Below, piece after piece: positions 38,763-47,958 of a stretch of 64,000 nt of DNA. This DNA is from an uncultured Pseudomonadota bacterium. GTDB lineage: Bacteria > Pseudomonadota > Gammaproteobacteria > Steroidobacterales > Steroidobacteraceae. Each line of letters begins with the position of its first letter. Position 1 is the stretch's first letter. A model generated the notes under the pieces. The model saw only the letters and a list, made by a program, of their open reading frames with translations, searched no databases and was not told where the DNA came from. The stretch spans positions 478,027 through 542,026 of the forward strand of contig CAWDXW010000002.1 in the NCBI GenBank assembly GCA_963806375.1. Reading direction: 5' to 3'. The translations under genes and the position numbers were made by a program.

Positions 38763-39458
38763 TCAGCTCACGCGTGCGGGCACGGACGCGAGGTGCGGAA
38801 AGAGCACCCGACGCGCTTCGTCGTCCATCTCGGTCTTGAACGTGAATCGCGTCTTTAGTGCCTCGGCGCGAACCGCCGCGGGACGCGCGCTAATCTCATC
38901 CAGCAGTCGCTTTAGCTGCGGACGCTTGACCCAGGCATCCTCGCCGAAGATAAAGGGCAGGGCGCGTGCCCAACCCCAGACGGCCATGTCGACGATCGTG
39001 TAGGTCTCGCCCAGGACGTACCGATGGTTCGCCAGGCGAGCCTCGAGGATCGCCCAGTGTCGGTCCGCGTCGTAGACATAGCGGGTGACCCCGTAGTCCT
39101 TGGGCTCTGGCGCAAAGTGCTTGAAGTGCACAGCCTGGCCCGAGTAGGGGCCGATACCTGTGGCCACGAACATGAGCCATGAGAACAAATCCGCGCGCCC
39201 GGCAAGCGTATTGGGCGGCAGGAATTTTCCAGTCTTCTCGGCGAGATAAAGCAGGATCGCGTTGCTGTCAAACACCGGCACATTGCCATCGACAATTGCC
39301 GGAGTCTTTGCGTTGGGATTAATCGCCCGGTACTCAGCCGAGAACTGCTCCCCACGGCGCGTATCGACTGGCACGACTTCGTAGGGGAGCCCCGTCTCTT
39401 CCAGTAGGAGCGCGACCTTGGCCGGGTTCGGCGAGGGATGAAAGTAAAACTTAATCAT
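38763..39458 (-). CDS. Glutathione S-transferase (Nu/YfcG-like)
   Basis: Start ATG 39458 preceded by GGAG. MIKFYFHPSPNPAKVALLLEETGLPYEVVPVD...NPNAKTPAIVDG...VFDSNAILLYLAEKTG. Confidence 0.85.
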   Translation of the reverse strand: MIKFYFHPSPNPAKVALLLEETGLPYEVVPVDTRRGEQFSAEYRAINPNAKTPAIVDGNVPVFDSNAILLYLAEKTGKFLPPNTLAGRADLFSWLMFVATGIGPYSGQAVHFKHFAPEPKDYGVTRYVYDADRHWAILEARLANHRYVLGETYTIVDMAVWGWARALPFIFGEDAWVKRPQLKRLLDEISARPAAVRAEALKTRFTFKTEMDDEARRVLFPHLASVPARVS

Positions 39459-39955
39459 GGCGCGCTCCATGGGTAGGTTGCGGACAGTACGTGGGCTGCG
39501 GCACGCGACGCCATCTCTCCGGCGAGAGAGCTCAATCCTCGTCATGCAATCGCCCGTTCCCGAGTGTGGGGGGCATTCCCAATTTCGCCCTTTGTATATT
39601 TGCAAGCTAAGCCGCTTTGAGTATGGTGCGCGCCGCCTTGGTTGCCACGTTGATCTCAATCGCAGCGATCTTTGGCGATTGCCTAAGGGGAAAGGGCGGA
39701 GTTAACTCCGTCGGGTTTTGCGATTCGGCGGTCAGCCTCGAAGCGTGACGGCACGTGCCAGTAGAAGCGCAGCCCCTGACGTTCGTCAGTAGACGCATGG
39801 AGGCTTGTTGCAGAGGCCGGCGCCAACCAGGGCGCCCTCAAAGACGCGTAGCGCCTAGTTCGGGGGTCCCCGCGCGCACAGGTGGCAGCCTGGTCGGGGA
39901 CCTCGCGCCTGCACCCGGAGCATTTTACGACGGCCATCTTGGATTATGCGTCTCA

Positions 39956-40207
39956 TCACGCGATGTCCCGTCCCCGGACCAGCGCGATGACGCGATTTGG
40001 TGCGGCGGCTTTACCAGTGTGCGCACTGCGCCACTGTTTGAGTCCATTTAGATCAAGCTCAGCTACCCACCAGTTATCGTCGCCAGAACCATGCGCCGCG
40101 GTGACTACGAATTGGCGGCCGTCGGGCGACCAGTCGTATTCATACACGTTCAAGTCCGAAGGACCCAGTACGAGGATCCCGCCACTTTCAGCGGGGATCA
40201 CGGCCAC
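39956..40207 (-). pseudogene. Possible relic of a beta-propeller (S9 peptidase/TolB-like) gene
   Basis: 83-aa ORF with YEYDWSPDGRQFVVTAAHGSGDDNWWVAELDLNG (propeller-blade-like). No intact gene around it in the 800-bp gap 39459-40261. Confidence 0.3.
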
Positions 40208-40261
40208 TCAGCTGGCGGACTCTTGGTTCTGGCTAGGTCTCGATACGCTCCACTCCGTCCA

Positions 40262-41116
40262 TCAGTCGATGATGAGGTCGTCATACTTGAACGGCCCGCC
40301 GGTGACGGGCCGTAGAGAATTCGGGGAGCCGCCGTCGAGATCACGCACGCCATATTCCTTGGCCTGCTCCGCGCCGATTATGGTGCGGCCCGACAGCGCC
40401 ATTATGTCCGGATCGTTGTGGATCGCCGCGATAATGCGTCCAGTAAAGTCCGGCGTTTCCATATACGGCAACAGAAAATCGAACTGGCCCGGCTTTTCCG
40501 CCATAGAAGACGCCGACCGCGCAGTCTTCAACAAGCCCATCCAGATGCTGACCGATGCCACGCCGAAGGGGCGCAGGTCCACTGCCATGTCGGCCGACAT
40601 CTTGTCGGTCCCGGCTTTCTGCGCGCCATAGGCGGGGCCGTGGGCGTAGTTCACAGCGCCCGGCGCGGACGTGAAGACCAGCAGACCGCCGGGCTGGGCG
40701 ACGAGCAGGGGTGCCGCCGCGTGGGCCGCGATATAGCTCGATCGAAGGCCGACGGTGATGATGTCGACCATTCCCACCGGCCTAGTCCAAAATCCGCCGC
40801 GCTGGATCAGATCGCTGCTGATGGCCGCGGCGTTGTTGACCAGAATGTCCAACCGACCTTCATCGCGCCCAACGGTCGCGAACAGCCCGCGCACCGCTTC
40901 GTCGTCGGCGTGATCGCAGGCGTACGCAACGCCACGTCCGCCGGCGGCGGTCACCTCCGCCGCCGTTTCATGGATCGTACCACCCAATGGCGATGCATCC
41001 GCAGTCTGGCTGCGCCCGGTGACATAGACGGTATATCCCGCCGCCCCCAATGCCCGCGCGATGCCCTGACCCGCGCCCCGGCTCGCGCCGGTCACCACTG
41101 CGACACCGTTCCTCAT
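40262..41116 (-). CDS. SDR-family oxidoreductase
   Basis: Start ATG 41116. MRNGVAVVTGASRGAGQGIARALGAAGYTVYVTGR...NNAA...YGAQKAG. Confidence 0.85.
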   Translation of the reverse strand: MRNGVAVVTGASRGAGQGIARALGAAGYTVYVTGRSQTADASPLGGTIHETAAEVTAAGGRGVAYACDHADDEAVRGLFATVGRDEGRLDILVNNAAAISSDLIQRGGFWTRPVGMVDIITVGLRSSYIAAHAAAPLLVAQPGGLLVFTSAPGAVNYAHGPAYGAQKAGTDKMSADMAVDLRPFGVASVSIWMGLLKTARSASSMAEKPGQFDFLLPYMETPDFTGRIIAAIHNDPDIMALSGRTIIGAEQAKEYGVRDLDGGSPNSLRPVTGGPFKYDDLIID

Positions 41117-41222
41117 GTACGTCCCCTTTGTCACGGCCCGACGCCTGGGCAGCCGATGTGAGCACACACGGGCAACCGTGATGTACGAGCGCCGGTTTGA
41201 GCTCGCCGGCCCTCCTTGATGG

Positions 41223-41244
41223 TACTGGAACCTATCTCAAAACT
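41223..41244. repeat. Solo terminal inverted repeat relic of the IS5-family element found at 62527
   Basis: TACTGGAACCTATCTCAAAACT versus the IS left end TACTAGAACCTATCTCAAAATT (20/22). No transposase gene adjacent. Confidence 0.4.
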
Positions 41245-41391
41245 GTTTGAGAAGAACGCTTCGACCCCTTCGTCTTCTATCAGTCGAGTCGACTCGGATC
41301 TACCGAAGGCAGGCGCCGGCGGGTACTTGCTTAAGAGCATGATTCGCGCCTATGTATTGCCAGCCATTCGGTCGGTTCACGGTCACCACCC

Positions 41392-41901
41392 TTGCTTGCA
41401 TTCATCCGCTGTCGACCTCATGTACGCAAATATTCAGAGGGTGCGTACGCGGCATGCACGCAATTCAAGCATGACGCAGTGTTTGTCGTCGGGAGCGCGT
41501 TCCACGAGGAAGACGTCCTGACGCGAGTCTCGGGAACCGACGGGCTCGTCGGAACCTGGCGCGCCTCCAAGGTCAAGGGCGGCGGCGGACCGCAGGAATT
41601 CGTGATCAGCGTACCCGGTACGGGTAAGGTGCATTACGAGGTGCCGGATATGAAGGTGAACGTCGAGGGTCGCACCGACGGCAGCGACAATCCGCTCACC
41701 GGTCCCACGGTACCCCTCGGCTCGACCATCTCGTTCCAGGCGCTCACGCCCACCAAGATGCGGTATGTCATGAAGATTGATGGCAAGACCGACAACGTCG
41801 GGGAGCAGACCCTCGCAGCAGACGGGCGCTCGTTCACCGATGTCAATTGGAACGCGGGCAAGGAAGACGAGAAGACAACCGGCGTCTACGTGAAGCAGTA
41901 G
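41392..41901 (+). CDS. Hypothetical protein, lipocalin-like C-terminal region; N-terminus doubtful or truncated
   Basis: GLVGTWRASKVKGGGGPQEFVISVPGTGKVHYEV...MRYVMKIDGK...GVYVKQ. No signal peptide or clear start. Sits just after the solo IS end. Confidence 0.45.
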   Translation: MLAFIRCRPHVRKYSEGAYAACTQFKHDAVFVVGSAFHEEDVLTRVSGTDGLVGTWRASKVKGGGGPQEFVISVPGTGKVHYEVPDMKVNVEGRTDGSDNPLTGPTVPLGSTISFQALTPTKMRYVMKIDGKTDNVGEQTLAADGRSFTDVNWNAGKEDEKTTGVYVKQ

Positions 41902-42283
41902 CCGCTTGCGGTCAGCCGGCAGGGCCGTGTGGCCCGGGCGGCGAGGCCCGAGCAGTCGTGTCACAAGGGAGCTTTGCCGCATGAATACCGTTGACCCGCC
42001 TCTGCTCGCCGAGCGCCCAGCGACCTCAGTACTCGCGGAAGCCGAAACCCACAGCGACGGTATTAGGGGCCGCTGACCAGTGAGCCAGTTACGGCTCGGT
42101 ATGACCGAATTGGCTTCCGGGCAGGCATCTCGCCGGGTCTGAGCTTTCGCTGCCGGACCCCCAAGCAGCTGTCCGCCAGGCCCGGGAGCGGGCATTCGAA
42201 ATCGGATAAGCTGACGTTCGCGGGCGAGGCCGGCGGCACCCCCTACAAGGTCCCCGAGCCACGACCGGGGGAGCGACGCCGCG

Positions 42284-44323
42284 ATGACGGAGCCGGCTAG
42301 AGCCGTATTCCTGAGCTATGCCTCGCAGGATGCCGAAGCCGCGCGAAGTATCGCCGACGCCCTGCAAGCCGCCGGGGTCGAAGTCTGGTTCGATCAGAGC
42401 GAACTCCGCGGCGGCGATGTCTGGGACCAAAAGATTCGCCACCAGATACGGGACTGCGCGCTGTTCCTCCCGATCATCTCGTCCCATACCCAGGAAAGGA
42501 CGGAGGGATACTTCAGGCTTGAGTGGAGGCTCGCCGATCAGCGCACACACCTGATGGGGCGCACCCGACCGTTCATCGTGCCGGTCTGCCTCGACGACAC
42601 GCCCGAGGCGGACGCGGATGTGCCGGACGCGTTCTCTGCCGTGCAATGGACTCGCTTGCGAAACGGGGATGCGCAAGCGGCCTTCGTCGAGCGCGTGTTG
42701 CGCCTGCTGTCGCCCGAAGCGGCTCATGCAACCGGAGAGGTCAGGTCGCTGACCGCAGTGCCACACACTGGGGCCGCGCCGCGACCGCCTGCGCCGAGTT
42801 CTGCCGCGCCGCGACCAACGCAGCGTGTGCTGCTGCTGATCGCGGCAGTCGCGGTGATCGGCGTCGGCTACTTTTCGATGGGCAAGTTGTGGCTGCCGAA
42901 GCGGCCTGCAGCCGATACGCACACCTCCGCATCGACGATTCAGGGCGGCACGCGCAAACCGGGTGCAATCCCGGAGAAGTCCGTCGCAGTATTGCCGTTT
43001 ATCGACATGAGCGAGGGGAAGGACCAGGAATACTTCTCGGACGGATTGAGCGAGGAACTCATTGAGCTCCTGTCGCAGGTCCAGGACCTGCGGGTGCCGG
43101 CCCGCACCTCCTCGTTCGCCTTCAAGGGCAGGGCGGACGATGTCCCGAGCATCGCTCAGAAACTGCGCGTCGCCCACGTCCTCGAAGGGAGCGTGCGGAA
43201 AGCTGGCAACACGCTCCGGGTGACCGTGCAGCTGATCCGCGCCGACAACGGCTATCACCTTTGGTCGAAGACCTACGACCGGGACATCAAGGACATCTTC
43301 AAGGTGCAGGACGAGATCGCCGCCGCCGTGGTCGATGTGCTGAAGGCCAAGCTCGCGCCGGAGCAGGCCGTGGCCGCCTATCGCAGCTCAAACGCCGAGG
43401 CCTACAACCAGTACTTGCTCGGCAAACGGTTTCACAGTCGGGGAAACATCGACGGCTGGCGGCGGGCGATCGATTCCTTCCACAAAGCGATCGCACTCGA
43501 TCCCGACTACGCAGCAGCCTATGCCAGTCTTGCTCTCTCGGAGTACGTCCTCGCAGATTTGACGGGCGATAGAGCAGGCCAAAGGCAAGCGATGGCCGAT
43601 GCCGAGAGGGCTATTACCCTCGCACCGCAGGAGGCCAACGGCTATGCGTCGCGCGGAGTTCTGCGGATGAACGTCAGCCGGGACTGGAACGGTGCTGAAG
43701 CGGACTTGGAGAAGGCGCTGGCGCTCGATCCCGCCTCCGACAAAGTTCAGGGAAACTACGCTACTTTGTTGGAAAGGCTCGGCCGGTTGCCAGAGGCCAT
43801 TGCGGTCGGCAGAAAGGCGACCGAGATCGATCCATTGTCCGCTATCGCTTGGTCGAATCTTGGTCTATATCTGACGTTCCACAAGGACTACCCCGCCGCA
43901 GACGAGGCATTGCGTCGCTGCCTCGAGATCAATCCGGAATCGAGTTTCGGCGGGCATCACTTGGCTATCCTGCGGCTTCTCGAAGGCAACGCGGCCGCGG
44001 CACTCGCGACGGCGCGCAAGATCGGCATCGAGGGTTTTAGGCTGACCGACGTCGCCATGGCCGAGCACAGCCTCGGTCACGCGGAGGAGTCCCAGCAGGC
44101 CCTCGATGATTTGATCGCCAAACACGCCCTGGATGGCGCCTACCAGGTCGCTGAGGCGCTCGCGTGGCGTGGCGAGAAGGACAGGGCGTTCGAGTGGCTC
44201 GAGCGCGCGTACCAACAGCGCGATGGCGGCCTTTCAGAGGTCAAAGTCGACCTGCTGCTCGGGCGCCTGCACGACGATTCGCGCTTCAAGAAACTACTCA
44301 AGAAAATGAACCTGCCGGAGTAG
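42284..44323 (+). CDS. TIR-domain protein with one TM segment, TolB-N-like module and TPR repeats
   Basis: 679 aa.
N-terminal TIR_2-like: VFLSYASQDAEAARSIADALQAAGVEVWFDQSELRGGDVWDQKIRHQIRDCALFLPIISSHT...FRLEW.
TM: VLLLIAAVAVIGVGYF.
Then SVAVLPFIDMSEGKDQEYFSDGLSEELI...LRVAHVLEGSVRKAGNTLRVTVQLI, followed by TPR repeats. Confidence 0.8.
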   Translation: MTEPARAVFLSYASQDAEAARSIADALQAAGVEVWFDQSELRGGDVWDQKIRHQIRDCALFLPIISSHTQERTEGYFRLEWRLADQRTHLMGRTRPFIVPVCLDDTPEADADVPDAFSAVQWTRLRNGDAQAAFVERVLRLLSPEAAHATGEVRSLTAVPHTGAAPRPPAPSSAAPRPTQRVLLLIAAVAVIGVGYFSMGKLWLPKRPAADTHTSASTIQGGTRKPGAIPEKSVAVLPFIDMSEGKDQEYFSDGLSEELIELLSQVQDLRVPARTSSFAFKGRADDVPSIAQKLRVAHVLEGSVRKAGNTLRVTVQLIRADNGYHLWSKTYDRDIKDIFKVQDEIAAAVVDVLKAKLAPEQAVAAYRSSNAEAYNQYLLGKRFHSRGNIDGWRRAIDSFHKAIALDPDYAAAYASLALSEYVLADLTGDRAGQRQAMADAERAITLAPQEANGYASRGVLRMNVSRDWNGAEADLEKALALDPASDKVQGNYATLLERLGRLPEAIAVGRKATEIDPLSAIAWSNLGLYLTFHKDYPAADEALRRCLEINPESSFGGHHLAILRLLEGNAAAALATARKIGIEGFRLTDVAMAEHSLGHAEESQQALDDLIAKHALDGAYQVAEALAWRGEKDRAFEWLERAYQQRDGGLSEVKVDLLLGRLHDDSRFKKLLKKMNLPE

Positions 44324-44335
44324 CGCGTTCACATA

Positions 44336-44362
44336 GCGCCGCCTTCGGGCGGCGTTTTCTAT
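44336..44362 (+). terminator. Intrinsic terminator after the TIR gene
   Basis: GCGCCGCC-TTCG-GGCGGCG followed by TTTTCTATT, 13 nt after the stop codon. Confidence 0.7.
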
Positions 44363-44793
44363 TCAACGCCGTCCTCGACGTATTGCTGAATGTCAAAACG
44401 AAACGAGCCGTCGAACTTACTCAAATGCAGAAAGTCGGTGAATCTGCAACTTCCACCGACGTTGTAGGTATCCGAAACGACGACACAATCCTCCGGGGAT
44501 TCCCAAAGGAGGCTTGGCTATCGCTACCGAGTAGCGCGAAATTGAGCGCCGAAATGAGCGCATCGGGGTCGACCGTCGTCGGGTCTTTCGCAGCAGCAGT
44601 AGCAATAGCCGTCACTGCACGAGCTGCGAGCCCACGTTGTGCTCCTCATTCGGTTGGCGGCGTTCGCTGGGCTGGACCAGAGTAAGGCGATACGGGCGTC
44701 CGGGCTAAGGAGAGATTCCGAGTGGGGTACTGCGAGGGGTATCCAGATACTGCGCCGGAACTATCTCATTTAAAACATGATCTTACGTGCCAT

Positions 44794-44818
44794 TTCGATC
44801 CTCTTCCGCTCCACATCC
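44794..44818. repeat. Third att core (tRNA-Ala 3'-end copy, 1 mismatch)
   Basis: TTCGATCCtCTTCCGCTCCACATCC versus tRNA 29803-29827. Preceded by GGGGTAC / GGGGTA (44724, 44736) and ATCTTACGTGCC, as upstream of core 2. Confidence 0.75.
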
Positions 44819-44838
44819 TCGGCAGCCAGGATTACAGT

Positions 44839-45075
44839 GTGAGCGTCATCAATGATTATGAAGCGAAGACCCAACTCTCGAAGCTCATCGAGCAGGCAGC
44901 GGCGGGAAAAGACGTTGTCATCGCGCGAGGCGGCAAGCCGATTGCACGGCTGACACGTCTAGAAAAGCCGGTGCGCAAGCTTCGCTTTGGTGTGCTTAAA
45001 GGTAAGGTTAAGGTGGCCGAACACTTCGACGCCCCGCTTCCGGAGCACATACTGGCGCAGTTTGAGGGTCGATAG
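44839..45075 (+). CDS. Phd/YefM-family antitoxin, second copy (GTG start)
   Basis: VSVINDYEAKTQLSKLIEQAAAGKDVVIARGGKPIARL... Same length as 30338-30574 with a few substitutions. The ATG of copy 1 is GTG here. Confidence 0.75.
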   Translation: MSVINDYEAKTQLSKLIEQAAAGKDVVIARGGKPIARLTRLEKPVRKLRFGVLKGKVKVAEHFDAPLPEHILAQFEGR

Positions 45076-45452
45076 TGCGCCTGCTCTTGGACAGACATGT
45101 GTTCATCTGGTCGGTATTGGGTAACCGACGGCTCAAGGTAGCCACGCACACGTATCTAGCGGCCGCCGAAACAGTCTATGTCTCGGCAGCCTCAATCTGG
45201 GAAATCGCCATCAAGAAGAGTCTGGGCAAAATTTAAGGCGACCCTGACGCGTTTGCGGCAGCCATTGACGCGAGCGGGTTCCAAGAACTACCAGTCAACG
45301 CGCGCCATGCCGCGGCCGTCGCAAAACTACCGCTGCATGACGCCGACCCATTTGATCGCCTGCTTCTGGCACAGGCGTTCACCGAGCCGCTGCGGCTCAT
45401 CACTGCCGATCAGACCTTGGTCGCCTACGGTGGCGCGGTGGAGCTGATTTAA
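45075..45452 (+). pseudogene. vapC: vapC pseudogene (premature TAA at codon 54)
   Basis: Colinear with 30574-30951. The CAA (Gln) of copy 1 is TAA at 45234-45236 (GKI*GD). The rest of the frame stays open to the same stop position. Confidence 0.8.
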
Positions 45453-46156
45453 GGCGGGATCTCGTTTTTTCGTCGTACGGGTACAGCGCATTCAGGTACC
45501 GGGGACGCCTCGGTTGAGTCGTGTAGGTTCCCCGTTGGGTCGGAGCTGTAAACAGGCGTCGAATTTTGACCAGGATTCTGGCCTCACCGGCGCCGAAGGC
45601 TGACCAGGGTCGAAACAGATTTTCTCATAGAGAATCTGGTGTTTGCCGCATCGACCCCTGGTCAATGGTGGACACCGGACCGCGGTCAATGCTCGACGCC
45701 GATTAACGCGGCTCGTGCGTACCCAGGCGTCCGGAAGACGTCCGTAATGACGTGCCCTGGCGCTGCCTGCGAGCCAAGAAGGTTTTTAAATTACTGACTC
45801 GGCTCTCACGGTTCCCAGAGCCGTAGCGTGCTGTGGTTTGCGATTCCACGAAAATCCAGATCGCTCGACAGCATGAACATTCAGCACCCAGACCCGCCAC
45901 TTTGCGTTTGCGTTAGGGCGTGACCGGAGTACACCCGCATCGGGTTAAAATCGTGCCATTGCAAGCTCCAGGCGGTTGGGATACTGAATAAGGCGTTGGA
46001 ATTCAGGGGCATGGGCAAGGCGGCGGGATGCCAAAGCTGGTGGCACGATGGGAGCTGCCATCGCCTTGAGCGCAGCTTTGCAGTGAGCAGCCTGAACCTC
46101 CGGCTGTTTGAAACGCGCGGAGCCACGCTGGTGACGAGTCGGATCGGGGCTGAACC

Positions 46157-47248
46157 ATGAGAATATCTGACACCCACTTCCGCACGATTTGGAAGACAGA
46201 ATCCGCAACCGTCCGGGTGATCGATCAGTCTCGTCTGCCCTTCGAATTCGCCACCATCGATCTCGAGACTCTCGCCGATACGGCGCACGCGATCACCACT
46301 ATGGTGGTACGTGGTGCGCCGCTAATCGGAGCAACGGCGGCATATGGCATGGCGCTCGCCGCCCGTTCGAACCCCTCGGACTCGCATCTCGCAGAAGCGG
46401 CGCGAATACTTCAAGCGACGCGTCCAACGGCGATCAATCTGGCCTGGGCGTTGACGAGAATGCGCAAAGTGCTGGCGGAAGTTCGGCCGACGGAGCGAGT
46501 TGGTGCGGCGTTTCAGGAAGCTGCCGCAATCTGCGATGCCGACGTCGAGCAATGCCGCTTAATTGGCGTTCACGGCCTGGAAATCATCCGCGCACTTGCC
46601 AAAACCGCGCGCCGAAAGCTCAACATTCTCACGCACTGTAACGCCGGTTGGCTTGCCTGCGTTGATTGGGGCACTGCGCTTGCGCCTGTCTACATGGCGC
46701 ACGACGCCGGGATACCTGTGCACGTGTGGGTGGACGAGACCCGCCCGCGCAACCAGGGTGCTGCACTAACGGCCTTTGAGCTTGGGGCGCACGGCGTACC
46801 GCACACGGTCATTGCGGATAATCTGGGCGGGCATTTAATGCAACGGGCCCAGGTGGATATGGTGATAGTTGGAAGCGACCGCACGACAGCGGCCGGGGAC
46901 GTATGTAACAAGGTGGGCACGTACCTCAAGGCGCTTGCGGCCCGGGATAACGGAGTGCCCTTCTATGTGGCACTGCCGGTAAGCACCATCGACTGGTCTC
47001 TCCACGCGGGGTCGGCAATTCCAATCGAAGAGCGATCGCCGGATGAGGTGACGCACATCACCGGCCGGAGCTCTTCGGGCCGGATAGAAACCGTCAAGCT
47101 GGTGCCGGAAGGTAGCACCGCGCTGAACCTCGCTTTCGATGTAACACCCGCACGATTGGTGACCGGACTGATCACCGAGCGCGGCATTTGCTCCGCGAGT
47201 CGTGCAGGATTGCAACGACTGTATCCTGAGCTGCGAGCTGTCGAATGA
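46157..47248 (+). CDS. mtnA: S-methyl-5-thioribose-1-phosphate isomerase family (MtnA / 5-deoxyribose-1-P isomerase)
   Basis: 363 aa. VRVIDQSRLPFEF...TMVVRGAPLIGATAAYGMALA...THCNAG...VGSDRTTAAGDVCNKVGTY. Confidence 0.88.
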   Translation: MRISDTHFRTIWKTESATVRVIDQSRLPFEFATIDLETLADTAHAITTMVVRGAPLIGATAAYGMALAARSNPSDSHLAEAARILQATRPTAINLAWALTRMRKVLAEVRPTERVGAAFQEAAAICDADVEQCRLIGVHGLEIIRALAKTARRKLNILTHCNAGWLACVDWGTALAPVYMAHDAGIPVHVWVDETRPRNQGAALTAFELGAHGVPHTVIADNLGGHLMQRAQVDMVIVGSDRTTAAGDVCNKVGTYLKALAARDNGVPFYVALPVSTIDWSLHAGSAIPIEERSPDEVTHITGRSSSGRIETVKLVPEGSTALNLAFDVTPARLVTGLITERGICSASRAGLQRLYPELRAVE

Positions 47249-47958
47249 CGAACACCTGCTCCAGCGGCGCAGATCTGCGCACGATGGTGATTGCAGCCTG
47301 TCGTGAGCTGACGCGTCGAGGTCTGACCCATGGCACATCGGGCAATGTCAGTGTGCGCTACGATGCGCGGCGGTTCTTCGTGAGTCCGAGCGGAATGGAT
47401 TACGAGGCCCTGCAAGCCGCTGATGTTCCGCTCATGGACCTCGATGGACGTTGGTTCGGCCGCCGCCGCCCCTCGAGCGAATGGCGCTTCCACCGTGACA
47501 TTCTCAACTCGAGGCACGAAGTGGGCGCGATCGTTCACACACATTCCCCACAAGCGACGGCGCTCGCCTGCACCGGTAGGGGTATTCCGGCGTTCCACTA
47601 CATGGTGGCGGTTGCGGGTGGCCGCGACATCCGCTGCGCTCCATATTACGCATTCGGTACACAGGAGCTTTCAGACGCAGCGTTGGCCGCTTTGAAAGAT
47701 CGCAAGGCGTGTCTGCTTGCCAATCACGGCGTCATTGCCACAGGCGCTGACCTTCCCTGCGCGATCTCGCTTGCCGACGAGGTCGAAAGCCTCGCGCTAC
47801 AATACTGTGCGGCGCTGTCCCTAGGAGAAGTCTGTATTCTCGATGACGCAGAGATGTGCCGCGTGGTCGAGAAGTTCAGCACTTACGGGCAACAGAATGC
47901 AGTGGACCCCGACCTCGTCTTTGGCGGAGCTCTGCCTGATACTCTGGAAGGAAGTTGA
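47245..47958 (+). CDS. Class II aldolase/adducin-family protein (Ald2/MtnB/FucA-like)
   Basis: 237 aa, ATGA overlap with mtnA. GTSGNVSVR...PSGMDYE...PSSEWRFHRDI...AIVHTHSPQATA...LLANHGVIATG. Confidence 0.85.
   Translation: MTNTCSSGADLRTMVIAACRELTRRGLTHGTSGNVSVRYDARRFFVSPSGMDYEALQAADVPLMDLDGRWFGRRRPSSEWRFHRDILNSRHEVGAIVHTHSPQATALACTGRGIPAFHYMVAVAGGRDIRCAPYYAFGTQELSDAALAALKDRKACLLANHGVIATGADLPCAISLADEVESLALQYCAALSLGEVCILDDAEMCRVVEKFSTYGQQNAVDPDLVFGGALPDTLEGS

Noticed and set aside
42089-43258. 389-aa minus-strand ORF
   Set aside because: Antisense to the TIR-TPR gene. Its composition is Arg-rich and it has no domain signature.
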